From Cyanophora paradoxa CCMP329 (lineage: Eukaryota; Plantae; Glaucophyta), in NCBI GenBank assembly GCA_004431415.1, contig QPMI01000476.1, forward strand, positions 1-35,967: a stretch of DNA of 35,967 bases, written 5' to 3'. How positions within the stretch are numbered: the stretch's first letter is position 1; each line of letters starts with the position of its first letter. A program made the translations under genes and the position numbers. The notes under the pieces are model-generated. The model had not been told where the DNA came from. It did no database searches and saw only the letters and a list, made by a program, of their open reading frames with translations. Positions 34,062-35,967 of the stretch are shown here, piece after piece.

Positions 34062-34906
34062 ATGGCTGAGCAACCCCCACTTGAACGAATTATTACACCA
34101 CAGCTATCATTAGCTGCCCAGCAAACCATGTTTCTGCAGCATGCTACCTTGATGATGTGGAAGGTCTCCAATCCACAGAGGTCCAACCTACAATGAACAC
34201 CTTTGGTTCCACCCACAAACTGAGATTACAGGAACTCAGATGTGATAAAAATAATGGATAGTTAAGACAACTAAGCTACTTGTCACAAATGCAAACTTTT
34301 CTGCTCATTATGGAGACCCAGATAGCTATGGAGATCCTCTGTCTACTTATTCTTTTGAATCTAGGTCGGGAGCTATTAACTGCAAATCGGGGGGAGCTTA
34401 TATTGGTGATGGTCTTAGGGTTGGTGGGGCTGTTGGAGCGCCTTATTTGTGAATGATCAACCCAATCCATTGATCCTACCAAGAATTCGAACCTATGTCC
34501 CCAGCATGAATGCCCCATACATTATAAAGATATTCCCCATTGTTGTAAATGAACAAACAGCAGTAGTAGACTCTCTTGTTGAAATTGGTGACCACTACAA
34601 GGTAGTTGTGGATATCCACCAGATGTATATGCTGTATGTCAAGTAGAGGGTGGAACTCCTAATTTTGCAGTTGTGATCACCCCATATGATAATTTTGGTA
34701 TTGCTTATCATGGAGTCAATTTCGGTTTGGAAGACTATCAGTTTCTGGTGAGAGCCACCAAGTTTGGTATCTACAAGTGTGTATTATATGCTGAGAGAAC
34801 CGATTTTATTGCAAGGCAGAATACCTATGCTGAGTATTATGGCACAAATCGATATTTCCCCATTTTTGGCAGGATAATGCTCCATAAGAATATTGGTTAT
34901 ATATAG
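34062..34906 (+). CDS. Fibre-like paralogue 4 (frameshifted)
   Basis: LRLQELRCDKNNG.VKTTKLLVTNANF; KSGGAYIGDGLRVGG; RIRTYVP..YDNFG..GIY..RTD. Confidence 0.6.
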
Positions 34907-34909
34907 AGT

Positions 34910-35158
34910 ATGGATAGTAAAACAAAAAAGTTTATTGATGCTGCTATGACAGTTCATGGTAAAGATAAATTCGATTACAGTGAGACACATTACATCAAAG
35001 CTCAAGAGAAAGTATCTGTGTGAGATGTTTGCAGTGTAATAAGGTGATCCTTACCTATCCCTTTAATCATGTGAAAGGGATCAGGTTGCAGGGACTGTAA
35101 CAAAAGAAAGAGTCAAGCACACAGGAAAGAGCTACTTCATCATCAGAGTAGAGTATAG
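34910..35158 (+). CDS. Zn-ribbon domain protein (frameshifted)
   Basis: KKFIDAAMTVHGKDKFDYSETHY..EKVSV.RCLQC..PFNHVKG.GCRDC, a module seen in phage/NCLDV nuclease-associated proteins. Confidence 0.6.
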
Positions 35159-35207
35159 GGATATTTGCATTAGGTTTGACTTAGTTAATTTTTCTAAGGT
35201 ATTCTTA

Positions 35208-35659
35208 ATGGAGACTAAATACAGAGGCTTTCATGTTATGCTTGATTACAAGGCTAAATCAGCTATAGCAACAGGTTATGAGCATGTTAGCTTCCTAGGT
35301 AATTGGATTATGGGAACCCTTGAACAAGCAGTATGAGACAAGGTATTAGGATTGTTCATAAGCATTGTGAGATATTTGATGGCACTATCACCTCCTTGCA
35401 TTGGTTCTGCTATTAGATGAAAGCCAATTGCACAGCTCATTGTTATTCCAATGAAGGCATGTTAGCAATTGATATATTCAGTTGTGGTAAAGAAGCTCAG
35501 CATAAAACACAATCAGTAGCAGATGAGATCGATAAAACAATGAATTTCTTAACATTTGAGAAGACTGAGAGACATAAACATGATAGTTCCCGTTTTGATG
35601 GTTTCTATAATGAGATAAACAGGGTAATTTACCTTTTTTATTACAATGGCAATCGTTAA
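35208..35659 (+). CDS. speD: S-adenosylmethionine decarboxylase, short prokaryotic-type proenzyme (frameshifted)
   Basis: YRGFHVMLDY..IVHKHCEIFDG..LLLDES.CTAHCYSNEGMLAIDIFSCG matches the LxESHxxxHxxxE..xDxFxCG signature. Confidence 0.8.
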
Positions 35660-35833
35660 AAAAGGATATAATATATCCTTTCCTACAATAGCTTTCTACA
35701 ATGATTCTTCTTTCTCTACAGTAGCTTTTGTTACAATAGAATTCTACTGTATGATGTCCGAAATATGAATGCACCCTACATTAAGCAATGTCAAGTATTT
35801 CGAATACTATTCGATTTCCTTACAATAACACTC

Positions 35834-35967
35834 AGCATCTGCCCTAGATTCCCCTATTACCTATTATTTAAGTGGACTCAAGGTTGACTCATTTAATCGT
35901 AAAAGTAGTAAAGTATATGGATTTGTTACGAATTCAATGGGAGGGTTGACTAAGTGGGTTGAGTTGA
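35834..35967 (-). repeat. Inner part of the right terminal inverted repeat (truncated by window end)
   Basis: AGCATCTGCCCTAGATTCCCC...GTTGACTAAGTGGGTTGAGTTGA is the reverse complement of 10852-10995 with small indels. Confidence 0.92.

Larger units (their letters stand above)
9817..35967. mobile_element. Integrated Polinton/Maverick-like virus (endogenous dsDNA virus); right end extends beyond the window
   Basis: Sharp GC drop at ~9817, TIRs, and the gene set rve integrase + pPolB + A32 ATPase + MCP + mCP + D5-like helicase. Confidence 0.95.

Noticed and set aside
9817-35967. Bona fide virophage (Lavidaviridae) or a prophage
   Set aside because: No cysteine protease recognised, and the MCP size and pattern look PLV-like. 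No terminase, portal or HK97 capsid, and the host DNA has a spliceosomal intron.

Overview
The window has two parts. Positions 1-9816 are GC-rich eukaryotic (protist-like) host DNA. They contain the spliced 3' end of a class III adenylate/guanylate cyclase gene, several MITE-like non-autonomous DNA transposons, simple repeats and unidentified coding-like fragments. At ~9817 the sequence switches abruptly to an AT-rich, gene-dense, apparently intronless element that runs to the window end. It is an integrated Polinton/Maverick-like virus (PLV-type endogenous dsDNA virus), about 27 kb if its terminal inverted repeats (TIRs) are symmetric. The window end (35834-35967) is the reverse complement of 10852-10995. 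The replication module encodes an rve integrase, a protein-primed PolB whose exonuclease looks eroded, and a prim-pol/SF3 (D5-like) helicase. The morphogenesis module encodes an A32-type packaging ATPase, a putative double-jelly-roll major capsid protein and two head-to-head minor capsid paralogues. The accessory/entry arm is unusually rich: a patatin phospholipase fused to a discoidin domain, a large protein with phage tail-fibre HxH repeats, four paralogous fibre-like genes with different heads (two C1q-like), a Zn-ribbon protein and a prokaryote-type S-adenosylmethionine decarboxylase. Non-coding features are a tRNA-like Pol III-type element, long GTGTGACAG palindromes in the TIR with an inverted internal copy, a 29-bp terminal inverted repeat pair and conserved promoter motifs. 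Many genes are split by single-base frameshifts. The host gene has them too, so they may be sequencing errors. All calls come from reading motifs by eye; no searches were run.
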